A stretch of DNA of 64,000 nt from Lama guanicoe. Lineage: Eukaryota. The DNA lies in the NCBI GenBank assembly GCA_013239625.1, contig MU055600.1:12687010-12751009 (forward strand). The letters run 5' to 3'. Shown piece by piece: positions 43,887-57,369 of the stretch. The first letter of the stretch is position 1. The number at the start of each line of letters is the position of its first letter. The notes below the pieces were generated by a model. The model was not told the origin of the DNA. It saw only the letters and a program-made list of their open reading frames with translations, and did not search any database. A program made the position numbers and the translations under genes.

Positions 43887-46800
43887 TGAGTGTCTGAAAA
43901 ATATTTCTGCTCTGTTTTAGGGTAGGAAATCATTATTAGATATGTTGTCCCCTTTGCTTCATGGTTCTTTAGAAGACATTTCTGCATTATTTAAATCTCA
44001 CAATTACTACCTGGTTCGGTGTGCCATCCAATTATACAGATGAGGAAACTGAGGCCCAGGAAGATTAAATGATTTTTTTCACAGTCACATACCCAGCAAC
44101 TGGCACTGCTGTTTTACTGTGCTATTTCCCAGTCTCTGAACACTGCAGCTACTAAAAGAGAAATAAGAACTGTTACCTTTAGTCTGTCTAAACTCAAGAC
44201 TTCAGAATTCCATCATATTATGCTACACAGAATCAGGGAAATTAGTTTTTAAAAAGTTCTGCTCCTGGGAAGCAGGGCCCGTCATCTCATTCCTCCCCCC
44301 TGCTACTTAGCCAAGCCTCTGGCCTAGAGTAGGTGTTCAGTGAGTACTTACTTCATTGAACTGGAAATGAATTTATCTATGAAATTATCATACAAAGTAT
44401 ATTTTTAGAAGATAACTATCAAAACAAATTGATCGTACAAACAAAAAAGACAATTATTAATTTGCTTTTTTTCTTACTATAAATAAAAAACAAATGAACT
44501 CTTTTAAAATCATTATTTTTGTCTTGCTCTTTCCAAACAGGCATAAGAAATGCTGTTCATCCAGAAACTCTAGGCATATACAGTTAATTATACTGATGGT
44601 ATAATAATGATGATGGCAAAAAGACACTGGAATTTACAGTGTTGAAAAAACAGTTACAGTACTTAAGCGTTAGTACACTGGGCTAAATCTTTCCAGGCTA
44701 AGGTACTTTTTAATTACAGAATTAGAATATTAATACAAAAAAAATTGATGCAGTATCCAGAAGTAATGGTTTCTGTCCTTTCCTTGAAGGACATTGGAAG
44801 GAAGAGAACTAGTATTTACCCTCTTTGCAGGTATTACCCTCTGAATACCTTATTTCTTAGGCCTTGGTTTTAGGTCTTTATTTCCATATCTTTCAATACC
44901 AACTATACACTGATGACTTCCAGTTTTCTCTCTTTAACTCAAACTGTTCCCAGACTCCTATATGTAATTCCAAACTCAGTCTTTTTACTTGGATTGTCTC
45001 ACCAGCATCTCAGATTTAATGTCCAAAATAGGATTCTTGTTCTCCCCACAACTTCTCTTCCATTTCTCCCATCTCTGTAACTGGCCCTTCCTGGCATCCA
45101 GCAGTTCAGGTCAAAAACTGGGGGTAATTATACCTTCCAATCCCTTACCCTCTACATGCAGCCCATCACTAGGTCTGGGTAGTCCTCTCTTCAGAGTAAT
45201 TCTCAAATTCACCACTTTTTTTTTATACCACTTTTCTTTTTATAGCTCCACTGCCATTACATTAGTCTCTCATCACCTTACTTCATGCAAGATAAATCAT
45301 GCTAAATGTTTTACTTACCTATTTGTGTAAGGATAGGCTATGTGCTCTGCTGGAATAGCAAATACTCAGTAGTTAAACATAGTAAAGTTTCATTTCTTGC
45401 TTGTGCAAAGATTCTGTGGGATATTTTCAAGAGCCAGGCCTGGTACCAACCCAACTGCAAGGGAGGCTAATAAATGTGGTCTTCCTGGGTACCTCAGAAG
45501 AAACTGTGATGAACACATAGCATCATCTCTGCAAGTTTCTTAAAAGCCTCACTTAAAAGATAAGAAGACTGAGGCTCAAGGCTGTTGTTACTTCCCTAAG
45601 GTCACAAAGTTACTAAATGGCAGAACAGGGATATAAAATCCCATCTGACCCCAGAGCTCATATTCTCCATTGTACTTTCCCTCTCCTCAGGCAAACATTA
45701 GCTGTGGCATAGAGTCCTACAGCACAGAATAAGACTTTGTATGTGGCATGTCACTGGGGTGGGAGACAGTGACATCTGAGCTGAGGGCTTTGTGGGCCAG
45801 ACAAATTTTAAGATGGAGGAAGCGTTTAAATGTTGGTGTGCAGCAGGTCAGAGGGTAGAGTACTTTGGCTTTTGTTTTCTTGGCTTGGTTCCCCTGCTTT
45901 AGTCTTTGTCCTCCAGAACAGAGGGCCACCCACTTACCCCACTCTTACCAGTCCCTTGATTAGATTGTTCAGCGTTTGTACTCACTACCTGTGCGTGTTG
46001 CCTGCACAGCCTGGCTTCCTCTGCGTGCCATGTTCTGTGGTCTGCCCTGCGCCAGGCCCTGGTGCAGGAACACTGAGTGTCCTCAGCTAGGAGGCTGGTA
46101 AGAGTGAGGCCAAGCATTGGACCTGGTCAAGTCTCAGGAGACAGCTGGAGAACTAGGCAGGAAGACCTAGGCCAAGGCCTTGCAGAAATCTTTGGTCTTA
46201 TCCATCACTGCCCAATCTGACAGGCTAGCTGGAGGCTATGGACTAGACCTTGTAAATGTCTGAAGGATGTTTCTCCAACCCAACAGAAGAATGGTGTAAT
46301 CTGAGAATTATGTGTCTGACAGTCTCATAGTTCTTGGCTGGGCTTTAATATCTACCTATTCAGAGTGTTTAGCCTAAGGAAAAGTTCCCAATCATACTGC
46401 AGCAAAACAGTGCGTACGATGAGAATATTGAGTTCCAGTTGTGTGATTTGCTTTCTGCTTAGTGCATGCTTGTTTATGAAATGAATTCTCATCTTGGGAG
46501 GATATCTGACACGTTCATCACAGAAAGCACTCTCTCTAACCTTGACTAGCACCCCTCGCTTGCTAAAACTGCCATTCCTAATATAGAAGCTTTATGAAGT
46601 CATGATCCCACTAACTTTATCAAATCTGCTTTTATTGGAAGATTTAGTGAACCCCCAAGAACCTGATTTAATAAGAAGAAAAACTTCTAGAGCCATACAA
46701 GTCAATGGAAAACACGTTAAGTAGTTATTAGGTCCCTGATTTCAGACCATGTAGGAATCTGCCAAACCTGCTGCCTTCAGAAATCAAAAGATCAATCAAA

Positions 46801-49800
46801 AAATAAAATACAATAAAAGCAGGATACATTTTATACCAAAAAGTTCCACTGGGGACTTTTTCATAACCCAAGTGTCTTTTCATTTAAAATCCTTAATACA
46901 GGATTAAGGCTGCAATTTGAAGAAACACTCTAAGGCTCTAATTTGAAGAAACACTACAAGCTGTTTAGGTCTCATTAGCATTTTCTATCAAATGAATTTC
47001 TGTCTGCTAAAATGTTACTGAAAATTAAAGGATACAGTCAATATGGTTAAGACCCTGAGCTCTGGAGGCAGACTGGTTCAAATCTCAGCCTGTCACTGAT
47101 TAGTTCAGTGACCGCGGTTACTTCACCTCTTTGACCCTCAGTTTCCTCTTCTGTAAAGAACGAGTAACACACCTTTCTTGTAGAGCTGCTGTGAGGATTA
47201 CATGAGGTAACAGAAATAAAGGGTTACAGCAGTGCCTGGCACACAGTCAGCTGTGGGCCTCTTTGTTGCTATTACTGTTGTTGTTGTGAGAAGATTCCCA
47301 GTAAGAGTCTGGAGGAGAAATGCCTTATGCTGCTCAGAGTCACTAATCTGTAGCCAGGCGTACTGTGTATAATCACCTAGAAAGCAGAGACACTGGGAGA
47401 CAGCACTGGGACAGATTCACAGAGGTGCGGCCAAGAGCCTGCCACGCCACCCGATTAACACCCCGCGGCCCTGGGAGCAGGGGCAGTGCCCCCGCCCACG
47501 TGCTGCCTCGCCTCTCCCCCTCCCTGACCATGCAGGTGCCATGTAATTTCTCACAAAAGGGTCTGGAGGCTTACCTGTGGATACTGTGGTTGTAAAGAGT
47601 TGACTCTACTGGGAAGCACATTTTAAAAGTTGTTTTTAAGATATTTAAAAAATATCTGAAAATGAAGGTTTAGGAAGAACACGGATAATTGGGATACTAA
47701 TGCAAACCCCATTTTAGTCATTTGCTTCTGGTGTGATTCATCACTAAACATCTTTATTTAGTATTAAAACTAGAGTTTGGGTTTAAAGTCTTTAGTTTAC
47801 ATTTGGTAGAGACAGTCTTGAAATTGTCAAAAGGTCAGCAAGACAATCTAAAAACAAAGGGCCCAGGTTTTCAATCAAGTAAAGTGTCAGATCATGAACA
47901 AGTATTTCAGCTGGTTTTGTATCTGTAGAAAGAGTCCCATGTGCTTGGCATCGTCCTAAGCACGTCACAAAGATCAACTCACTGAACCCGTGTAACGATC
48001 CTATGAGGTGGGCTCCGTTTTTATCCTGCTTTTACAGATGAGGAAGCCAAAGAGGTTACATACCTAACACAAGGCCATACTGTTGGTTTTCGGGATTTGA
48101 TGCTGTCGATCTGGTTCCAGATTCAGTGTTCTTAACCACAAGACTATGGTGCTCAGAAAACCCTAAGAAATGGTAACATGGTTCTGGTTAGCTATTTATA
48201 CCATATCAGCCAAATAGTCTGGCTACCGTCCCAATATTAGTTCCATATTAGTTTCTGCCTATAGTATTTATGTGGACACATAAAACTTTCAGTTCTCCTT
48301 TCTGGAACCAGGATTGTGCTTTTTTGTCATCCTTTCCAGATTGTCTCTAGAAGAAAACAGAGCTATTAAAATTTAACCTTTTTCTTTGCTTTTATTGCCT
48401 CATTTTCCATCCCAATCATCCATTCTTAAAAAAGAAAAAATCAAAGTAATTTCTTAATTTAAATTTAAGGTGACAAAATGATTTAGAGTGAAATAGAAGA
48501 AAAATGATTAGGGGTTCAACTTCACATCACTGAGCTCTCCAAGCCCAGTCATAAGGAGGCCTCATGTACTGGTAGGGACATCACTCAGGAGACATAGTTT
48601 GGCCCCTTATCAGCTATGTGCTTGGGAGGGGAACCCTCCTCAAGTGAGGCTGAGGCTTTTCTGAAACTTCAGAACCCTGAAAACTGGACATCATATGCCC
48701 CTGGGAGGAAGCTATGGTTGGATGCTCACTCAGCTGGAGGTGAGGCCACTATAAATGCACCCACTAGAACTATGAGCAGTACTGGAAAATGCAGGAAACT
48801 GGCCTCAGGCCTTTTCTCTCAATTACGTACCTCTTTTGATTAGAAATGTAATCATCTTTGCCCCTTGTTAAATAATTCTGAAGAAAAAGGCCTACTAAAA
48901 TAGGTATAAAAATAGAGAAATGCTTTGTAGAAGCCTTTTTGTATTGTGACAGTCACAAGACCATTACTGTTGAATGTTTATTGAGCTCTAACAATGCGAT
49001 AGGTGCCACACAACACATCAGACACAGTACCTGCCCAGTGGGCTTACAATCTAATCTAAGGACATGATCATTTTTTAATGTTGCCATGAGTTTGCTGTTT
49101 GTGAAAATGAGGTATTAACTGCACTGATTAGTGCAGGAAAAAAGCCTATGATATCAGACTTTTTAAGCAGGTTTCCTTATGCAAGTAGGCATGGTTGCTC
49201 ATATTATTCCCTCAAACTATGGTTGGCATTTCCCCCAATTTGGTGATTTTTGAGATATGTACAAGTGTCTATGAAGATAGAGGCACCAAATGCACATTTC
49301 TGAAGATCAGGGTTCAAATCTGGCCTCTAGTCAAGGAAAAGTTTGGTTTTATATTTATTCAAAACAGGCCTTAGGGAAAAACAGTGACAGGGCCAAGTTC
49401 CTGTCTAGCGTTCCCAGAATGTCAGCAAGAGCAGCTCCTCAGGGCAGTCTCTCAAATGCCCTTTACTCTCAAGCTGTTTTGTCTTCATAGCCCAGAGATG
49501 AAATGCTTAACATCTGCTGGGTTCTGTCTGAGCATCTGCCCAGGGGGAGGTGTGTTCGAGGGCAGAGCCCTCTCAGCGCCTCGCAGATCGCAATGCAGAC
49601 AGTTCCTGCGTTGGCGTTGGTCCTTGGCAACACACCACGCTAATTTGATTTCTATCTCCAGAGAGCAGCAAAACTACCAGACCTCCACAGAATGAATCAG
49701 TAATCGGAAAAATGTAACTTGTTGAAATGTCTGTCACTGATAGAATCCATACACGCGCTGCTTATGAAATCTTGTCCTTTTCTTACCATAGTAAAGTCAA

Positions 49801-50839
49801 GTGCTAAGTAACACTTTTATCTGTTAACCACTTAGCAGAATAAACTGATTTATATGGAAGGAAATTTAAGATAACTTCTATGTATTTAAAGCAAATTATT
49901 TAGTTTTTCATTCTTGTCACTTCTGTGCCTTCTTTAGATTAGTGTTATCTTTTGTCTCTTTACTTTCTTTAATCTTGATGAACTAAGAAGTCACCACTTA
50001 CTGCACTTAGATTCCCAGTCCTTTATTCATGTATATCTTGAATTTCAGTAAGATAAGAAATGCAGACTCCAGGGTTGCATTTTGTAATGATACAAGGATC
50101 CTGAGGAAATACTTTCACAGAAGCCTTTTCTAATACAGATTTCCCCCTGTGCTTAAGAAAAGTATCAAAAAAGACCAACCAGCACATTCCAAATGTATGT
50201 TCTGAACAAATATTTAAGTACAAATGGGAAGCTCTTGCCTTTTTGTTTGTAAACTCAGATTATGCTGACGAGCCGTACTTCTAAACAGATAATCATTTGA
50301 TTTGAAAAAGCTGTCTGCGTGTACATTTGCCATTTTATAAAGAACAACCAAATTCCTACCTATCTTACCTTACAAAACAACCCTTAATATTTTTTTAAGT
50401 TGCATAAAAAAACAAGTACATGAACAAATAAACAAAATACATAAGGAAGGGCTTTGAGTTTTTGCTCCAAGGAGTAGGTGAAAGATTGATAAACGAAGCT
50501 GAGGTCATCAGTGCTTCTCTTTAAATAGTTATGCTAAAAATATTTTAGCTGTCTAAACTCTATTTGCTTCATTTTTACTGGAACACATTTTGTGAGCCGC
50601 AACTGAGTCCTTATATAGGATATCTCCAGAATGCAAATCAGAAAAAACAGATTTTATTCAGATTTTTCTGTTAAATTGAGCCGCTAATGTTTGGTAGGGG
50701 GCACTAGATGGGTTAAAAAACAGCTAGCATGACAGAGACATGCTAAAGAAGGTTTATTTTATTTGAACTGTTATATCATGCCTGGCTCGAAATTCAGTGA
50801 AATATTGAAGACTGGACTGTTTGAAAGTACTGATTTTGA

Positions 50840-51133
<294 letters not shown>

Positions 51134-51786
51134 AAACATTATTTTATGTTCTTCCTTTCCAGATTACTGACTTCTGTTATCCTGGTGTCGGTATCTTGTC
51201 CCATTTCACTCTCTTCCCATACAGGAACATTTTAGAATAAATTCTTGCTCTGCACTGTATGTGTGAGCTATCATAGGTATTGTGTGGGTAGATTTTTTTT
51301 GAAGGAAAATTGAAGTTGTTCAGAAAGTTTGTTTAAAGAAATATATTCAGAGTTATCTGTGAATAAACTTGGCCATCTATCTTAATACTTTGTTTGCGCA
51401 TATTAAATGAGTGTGAAAAATTCCAGTAGAGCTCCTACAAGAGTGAGCATGAAAAGGAAACTATTCCAAAGTGAATATGGTCTGTGCATATTAAAAATTT
51501 CAAAATAGCAAATACAGATTGGAGAAATTTTTTTGCATATAAGATAAATATGCTTTATTATCAACCTCAATATAAAAGGCAAATAAATCATCAAAATTTT
51601 AAAATGTTGTTTGAAAAATGTTTTCCCAAGGAAAGTATATTATTTACTGCTGTTTTAAAAATTGCTTTTAAATTTTTTTGGTGAGACTAAATAGCTAGGG
51701 AGGGAATCTATAAGTTTATCATTACCCTTAATGCTTATTTTATTTGTGACTGGAAAGATTTCTATTGTATTTCTGTGTATATCCTT

Positions 51787-51792
51787 AATAAA
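51787..51792 (+). terminator. TM6SF1: Candidate TM6SF1 poly(A) signal
   Basis: AATAAA preceded by TGTA motifs; one of several (also 51129, 51236, 51362, 51582), so the site used is uncertain. Confidence 0.5.
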
Positions 51793-52644
51793 ATTATTTT
51801 TGGCTTTTTATGAAGACAAATCTTATTAAGTTTGAAATACTCTTTTTTTCAGAAAAAGTTCTCTAGGCTTTAGGCTTTTTATTTTAAAAATCTGTCAAGT
51901 TGTATGTTCCAATTCAAATGTCATCTACATTCTCCTTATGTTTTAGTGGGAGCAATGAAGAGGACTTTGGATGAATTAATTAAATTTCATTCATTTTAAA
52001 TTAAAATGTTCAAAATTAAAAAGTACCTACCTTTTAAGGACAAAGAACTGGACTGGCATCCCTGCTGTCTTTTAATGAACTTTTCATATTCGGAAGTGTG
52101 AGTGAGTACAATAGAGAAAAATTGGTATTTGCTAAATGGGAGAAACAAACCAAAAACACAGCTGCTGCCTCAGTGCCCTGGAGTGGTAAGTGGATTGGTG
52201 CTTTTAATACCCTCAGCTGCTGTCATCACCATCACCATCATCATCATAAATGGCCCTAAGTCTTTAGAGCTTCTCACATTTTTTCTTCATGTTATTTACT
52301 AGCTCTTCACCAAAATAAGAAATCCAAACGAAAACGGGGTCCAAATCAATGCATGGATAATGTCAAGTGTGTGAATTTAGGGTCCACTGAGCTGGTAAGT
52401 ATCTCAGATGTGCAAGCAATCACGTAGCCAATTCTTCCCTCCCACACAGTGTTTATAAAAAAACCTAAAACCCATAGAGTTTTAAAAAGAGAAAAAGAAA
52501 ACCCTCACCTGCGCTTGATTCTATTGTCAACTTGCTGTTAGCAATTTTTTGCTTTAATATATGAATTACATTAATACCTCACATTACATATATGAAGCCA
52601 AATTACACTAACTTAGTTGTTTACAGCCTCAAATCTTACTCCCA

Positions 52645-53734
52645 GTACACATTCCAATAAATTTATTCTGTAAAAACAATACATTTTTTTGTTTTTGATT
52701 TTTTTTTTACAGTAAACTTTTCAACTACAAACCTCGAATACGCGAAAGATGATCCAAGGACAAGCATAACAGGATTGATAAAACCCAAACTGACTAAATG
52801 TGTTCTCACAATATAAGCTGGCATAAAAATAAATAAAATTCTCTATTATCACAATAGCAACAATAATGTACACATAATAATGGTTTGTGGATGAATATTA
52901 ACTATTCTAATTCTAGTTCCAAAAGAAAACTGTTCATTTTAAAAGTCTATTTTAAAAGTCAACGCTCTGTCTGATTTCCCATAGGGCTACTGCTGATTCC
53001 AGCTTTAAAATGTAAAGTATCCACCTTGAGTTTTTAGCTCAAATTGTCTTGGCATTGGGAAAAAAATAAATCATTGCCTTTATTTTGGAGTAACACAAAA
53101 TGACTCACTAATTCACATATAGAAACTGAGTCTGTGTACGTAACAACATGAGTTTTGAGAAGTATCAGCTGTCAACTAGCTATTTCTAATACAGAATAGA
53201 TATTTTACAGTATGATTAAACTTTACACATGGCCTCAAAACTGAAGGACAATTTTAAGTTTATCTTCAATATGCCAACGTTATATATCTAGGAATTGGTT
53301 CCTGGGTTCTGTCACAGAGAAGAAATCCCTTAAGCATTATGTTGAGTGGTCGTTTCAAAAAAATGCTAATTTGTATTATAACTGAGTGTTTGGTGATGGC
53401 GGAATAAAGGCAGGAGTGATGAATGTAACTGCCTTGATAAAGAATCCTAGACATGTATAAGCTTGTGCAAAAATCTTGATAATCCTTAGTGGTTAAGGGC
53501 AACTTCATGCAACCAAATAACATGAAATTAAATCAATAACCTTTAAAAAAGGCTAAAATGTCTTTCTTTCCCCCAAACACAACAGAGAGGAATGTGAATA
53601 ATGTACATACAAACTGGGGTTCTGTCAATGACAACAAGGACTATGTGTTGGTTCATATCAAATCCAAGAATATTAGACAACCAAACGTATAACCTTCTTG
53701 TGGTTTTCTTTATATGCAGCATTCATTATGGTAG
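52645..53734 (-). other. HDGFL3: HDGFL3 3'UTR (proximal form, ~1.1 kb; 3' end approximate)
   Basis: AT-rich, apparently repeat-free sequence between the stop codon and the minus-strand AATAAA at 52667-52662. Confidence 0.65.
52662..52667 (-). terminator. HDGFL3: Candidate HDGFL3 poly(A) signal
   Basis: Minus strand reads aaaaTGTAttgtttttacagAATAAAtttattggaatgtgtact: upstream UGUA and hexamer. Confidence 0.6.
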
Positions 53735-53740
53735 TTAGGT
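53735..53740 (-). CDS. HDGFL3: HDGFL3 (HRP-3) terminal exon coding part: Thr-stop
   Basis: Minus strand ttttctttcttttcttacag|ACC TAA completes the known ...LQKTSEGT* C-terminus. Confidence 0.9.
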   Translation of the reverse strand, partial: T

Positions 53741-55569
53741 CTGTAAGAAAAGAAAGAAAACAAGCCTTTAGATGATACTGGATACTAAACAATAAAAGCT
53801 ATCCACACCTATACAGTATATAACTGGATTTCCTAAGATTCTAATCTGCACTGCAGCATTAACAATATTTAGCAAGAACAACCTCTGAGGATTTGCTTTA
53901 TACCCATCAGTGCAAAAAGCTAATGAAGGAACAACTAAGGCATTTTTAGTATTCCATTAAAAAAAAGGGAAAAACAATAAACTTTGTCTATTGTCTGGCA
54001 GGGCACAGAGTACAGCAGTGTGCACTCTATAATTCTAGGGCGGCGTATTGCTGGGATACATAAAGTCAATGGAAAAATTGAGGTAATTCATCTTTGTGAG
54101 GACTCTGGTGTCAGAAAGGTAAATTGCTTAAAATTTTAAAAGCATTTGCAGAATGCGCAAATTATTCTATATAATATCTACAACTTAATTACTTGTGACA
54201 CATGGCTCAAAGAGATATGAGTTAACAAAATCAAGATGTACAAAAAGAAAGAAGGCCTAGATTTCTTTTAAAGCTTAGATTACATCCATGTGACAAAGAA
54301 AATATTTCCGTTTCCTGAAAGAATTGTTTCAATTTGGGCCCCACTTTAAATTGTGTCAGGTTACACTTCCCCACAGGGATGTTATTTTTGTTTTCTTCAT
54401 CAATAACCCAAATGCATTAACCCCCCTATTAATGTTCCCATGGGAAGGATGAAGGAGGAAACTCAGGCCCCAAAGATTTGCTCTAAAAGCAGCCTGCTTC
54501 AGCTCTTCACTAAGTGAATGAACTTGTTTGTAAGCATACATGTGCTCACTCATTGGTCTGTTCTCAGTTATGTAGCCAAAACCTATCCTGTACGGCACAC
54601 AATACCATGTATAAATAACTCCAGAACCTTCAAATAGGAAAAGTTACTAAACCTACCATCCTTTCAGGATAACAGAGATACATTTCTTAGCCTTCTCTGT
54701 TCCTACCAAAATGAGAAAGTCAATCTTAAAAAAAAAAATCACATTTAAAATCTGTGAACTTGCAAGATGCAGTGCCTGATGACTCCTAATTATTTCTTAA
54801 ACGAAAACACTAGATATAAGATTATACTCACAGACTTTGAAGGATTTCCCCCCTTTGTGAAGGAGGAAGACACACATTAAAACAATGAAAAACTTAATTT
54901 TTCAAAGGAAAAAAAGAACTTTAATGTCTTTTTATTAATATTAATGTGAAAGGCAATACCTTCTATGTTTACATGGGTAGAAAATTCATAGTAACAACCA
55001 CTCAATCCATGTTGAAGATTATTTTTGGACCAGATGGTCCCATGGAAGCCTCAGAATATTATTCACGTCCCAAAGTGAAGGTGGTAGCAGAATGTGACTA
55101 ACTTAAGGACATGGTTTTTTTAATCTGGTGGCAAGTTAGGGGTTTCGGGGGGTGGAGGGAGGAGGGGAGTATCCTTAAACAAGGTGCTGTCAAATGGGTG
55201 CTTAGAAAACCAAATTATAAATCTGATTTTTTTAACTTCTCATACCATAATCAGTCTACCTGCATTTGTGTATCAAAAAAATATCTTGGTAATTCTTAAT
55301 GGTGTCTGTTTTGGACATAGTGTGCTGAGTGTCTGCTAGACTGGACACCTCCTCTGGGCAAGCAGCCACAAGTGGTTCCTTAACGTGCTGGTCACCATGC
55401 CCTGTGCCACGTCTACACTGGATGCTGGCTGGCTAATCCAATCAGATTCTCCCCTGAGGCATTTGAATATGAGGCACACTGCAAGGCTGCAGGGTGGCAA
55501 TGAAGCTGAAAGCCACCCACACAGAAAGCAGAAGTTATGAGGCAGCAGAAATCCTAGGATCTTTCCATG

Positions 55570-56434
55570 GAGCACCATTTTTACTTGAAAAAATGATGAC
55601 AGGTAAACTCTGGCTATTCAGACTTGGGCATTTTGCACTTTGTCAAAAATAATGAAGTGAACCTATCACTTCAAGGAAAACAACTAGCAGCATTTGCTGC
55701 CAATGATAAAATCTGAGCCTTTAAAAGCGAAAATTAGAATTCTGGAAAACTTAGATCTTCATCAATCAACAGCTTCCCAATGCGTAAAGATTTCTCTGAC
55801 AAGGTAGGTAGTGATATTTATAAATGTGACTAAAAAGATTTCATCATGAAAATATTTGGAAATTCTAGGAACAAATATTTTCCAAATGTGTAAAAGCTAT
55901 TTTAAGTACCAGACAGTCCAACAGATTTTAACCAAACAATACAAAAGGTTCAGATTCCACTCTGTAACTAACCTCTAAGAACCCACCACTTACAGGACTG
56001 GTGTATATCACAGAATATACACGATGATCTGACAAGACTATTAAAATATTTGTATTTCCATTTTCCAACTACATGTCTGTGTAAGGCCACATTTTCTTCA
56101 TATACTTCAACCAAAATTACATTTTACAACAGAATGAATACAGAAGCAGGTATGAGAATCCTGCCCAATGTCTTCTATTTAAGAAGACATTAAAGAGATT
56201 TTTTAAAATGTGAAACAATGTTATTTTTCTCAAAAAATTTTTTTTCCATAAAAATGTGTTATGTTAAGTAATGGGCTTATTATTATTTTTAAATAAATTA
56301 ATAAATATCTTAAAATTTTGTTTTTATTTCTAATTATGTAAATATCAATAGCTATAACAAAAACTCTTTGGGGCCCTCAATAACTTTTAAGAGTATTAAA
56401 GGGGTCCTGAGACCAGAAAGTTTGATGACCACTG
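55570..56434 (+). mobile_element. Charlie1-like hAT transposon relic
   Basis: 'ctattcagacttggg...aatgaagtgaacctatcacttcaaggaaaacaact' transposase remnant; terminus 'gggtcctgagaccagaaagtttgatgaccactg'. Confidence 0.75.
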
Positions 56435-56804
56435 GCTTAGAATAAATGAGAGTAAATGGTGAGAAATGAAGCTGAAAAGATAAACTGGGGTCAGAGAAGA
56501 AGATCCTTATATTCTGAAATAAGGAGTTTGGGCTTGGTCTGAAGGGCAGTGGCAAGACATAAGGAGGCAGCACTACACTGTGGAAGCAGCAATAGGTCAA
56601 GGGTAAGAAGAATAAAGGCATGAACACTGGTTAGTGGTTACAGTGAACTCTGTGGCTGTCCTCCCAACATTTATTCTATTCTCTGCTTCTCCCCTCAATG
56701 ATGTGATAGCCTTGTGATTTGGGGACTTCACTCCTGCTCCAGGAATGGGTAGAACCTGACTGGCCTAAACCAGTTCCAACTCCCTTGTTATCAGTAGTTG
56801 GTTC

Positions 56805-57369
56805 TGGGATGGGCAGCTTTCCGACATGGTCCTCAGTGATGCCTGCCTCCTGGTATTCATAGTCTTGTGTAATCCCCTCCCCTTGAGTGTGCTCTGGACC
56901 TTGTGACTTGCTTCTAATGAACAGAATAAGGCAAAAGTGATGGGATGTCACTTCTTAGATTAGATAACAAAAGGCTGACTTCTGTGTTGCTAGCATTCTC
57001 TCTTTCATTAATGAAGCCAGCTTCCATGTTGGAGCTGCCTTATGGAGAAACTCACATGGCAAAGAACCAAGGGAGGCTTTGGCCAACAGTCAGTGAGGAA
57101 CTGAAGCCCTCAGTCCAGTAGCTGTGAGTAACTGAATCCTGCCAACAACTATTTGAGTGAGCTTGGAAGAGGACCAACCCCAAGCTGAGCGTTAAAATGA
57201 TTTGAGCCCCTGCTAATACTTTAATTGCAGCTTCGGAGAGATCCAGAGACAGAGGTCTCAACAAGTTACACCTATCTGGATTCCTGATCCATAGAAAATG
57301 CTAGATAATAAGTGCTATTTTAAGCCACTGAGTTTTGGGGTAATTTGTTGCATGGCAATAGATAATACA
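56805..57369 (+). mobile_element. Solo MaLR MLT1 (E/F/G-like) LTR
   Basis: TG...CA ends; 'tgtgtaatcccctccccttgagtgtg...tgtgacttgcttcta...ttttaagccactgagttttggggtaatttgtt...gcaatagataataca'. Confidence 0.8.

Noticed and set aside
44624..44648. ACACTG...CAGTGT hairpin / possible iron-responsive element
   Set aside because: Only a 6-bp stem; the CAGTGN lacks the full upper stem and bulged C, and it is intronic.
46905..46956. 26-bp tandem duplication (similar 12-bp duplication at 4859-4882)
   Set aside because: Two-copy slippage products; no spacer structure, not CRISPR-like, no evident function.
52465..52508. Apparent 44-nt minus-strand intron (CAG|GTGAGG ... TTTTAG)
   Set aside because: Too short for a mammalian spliceosomal intron; the acceptor is treated separately as a candidate alternative last exon.
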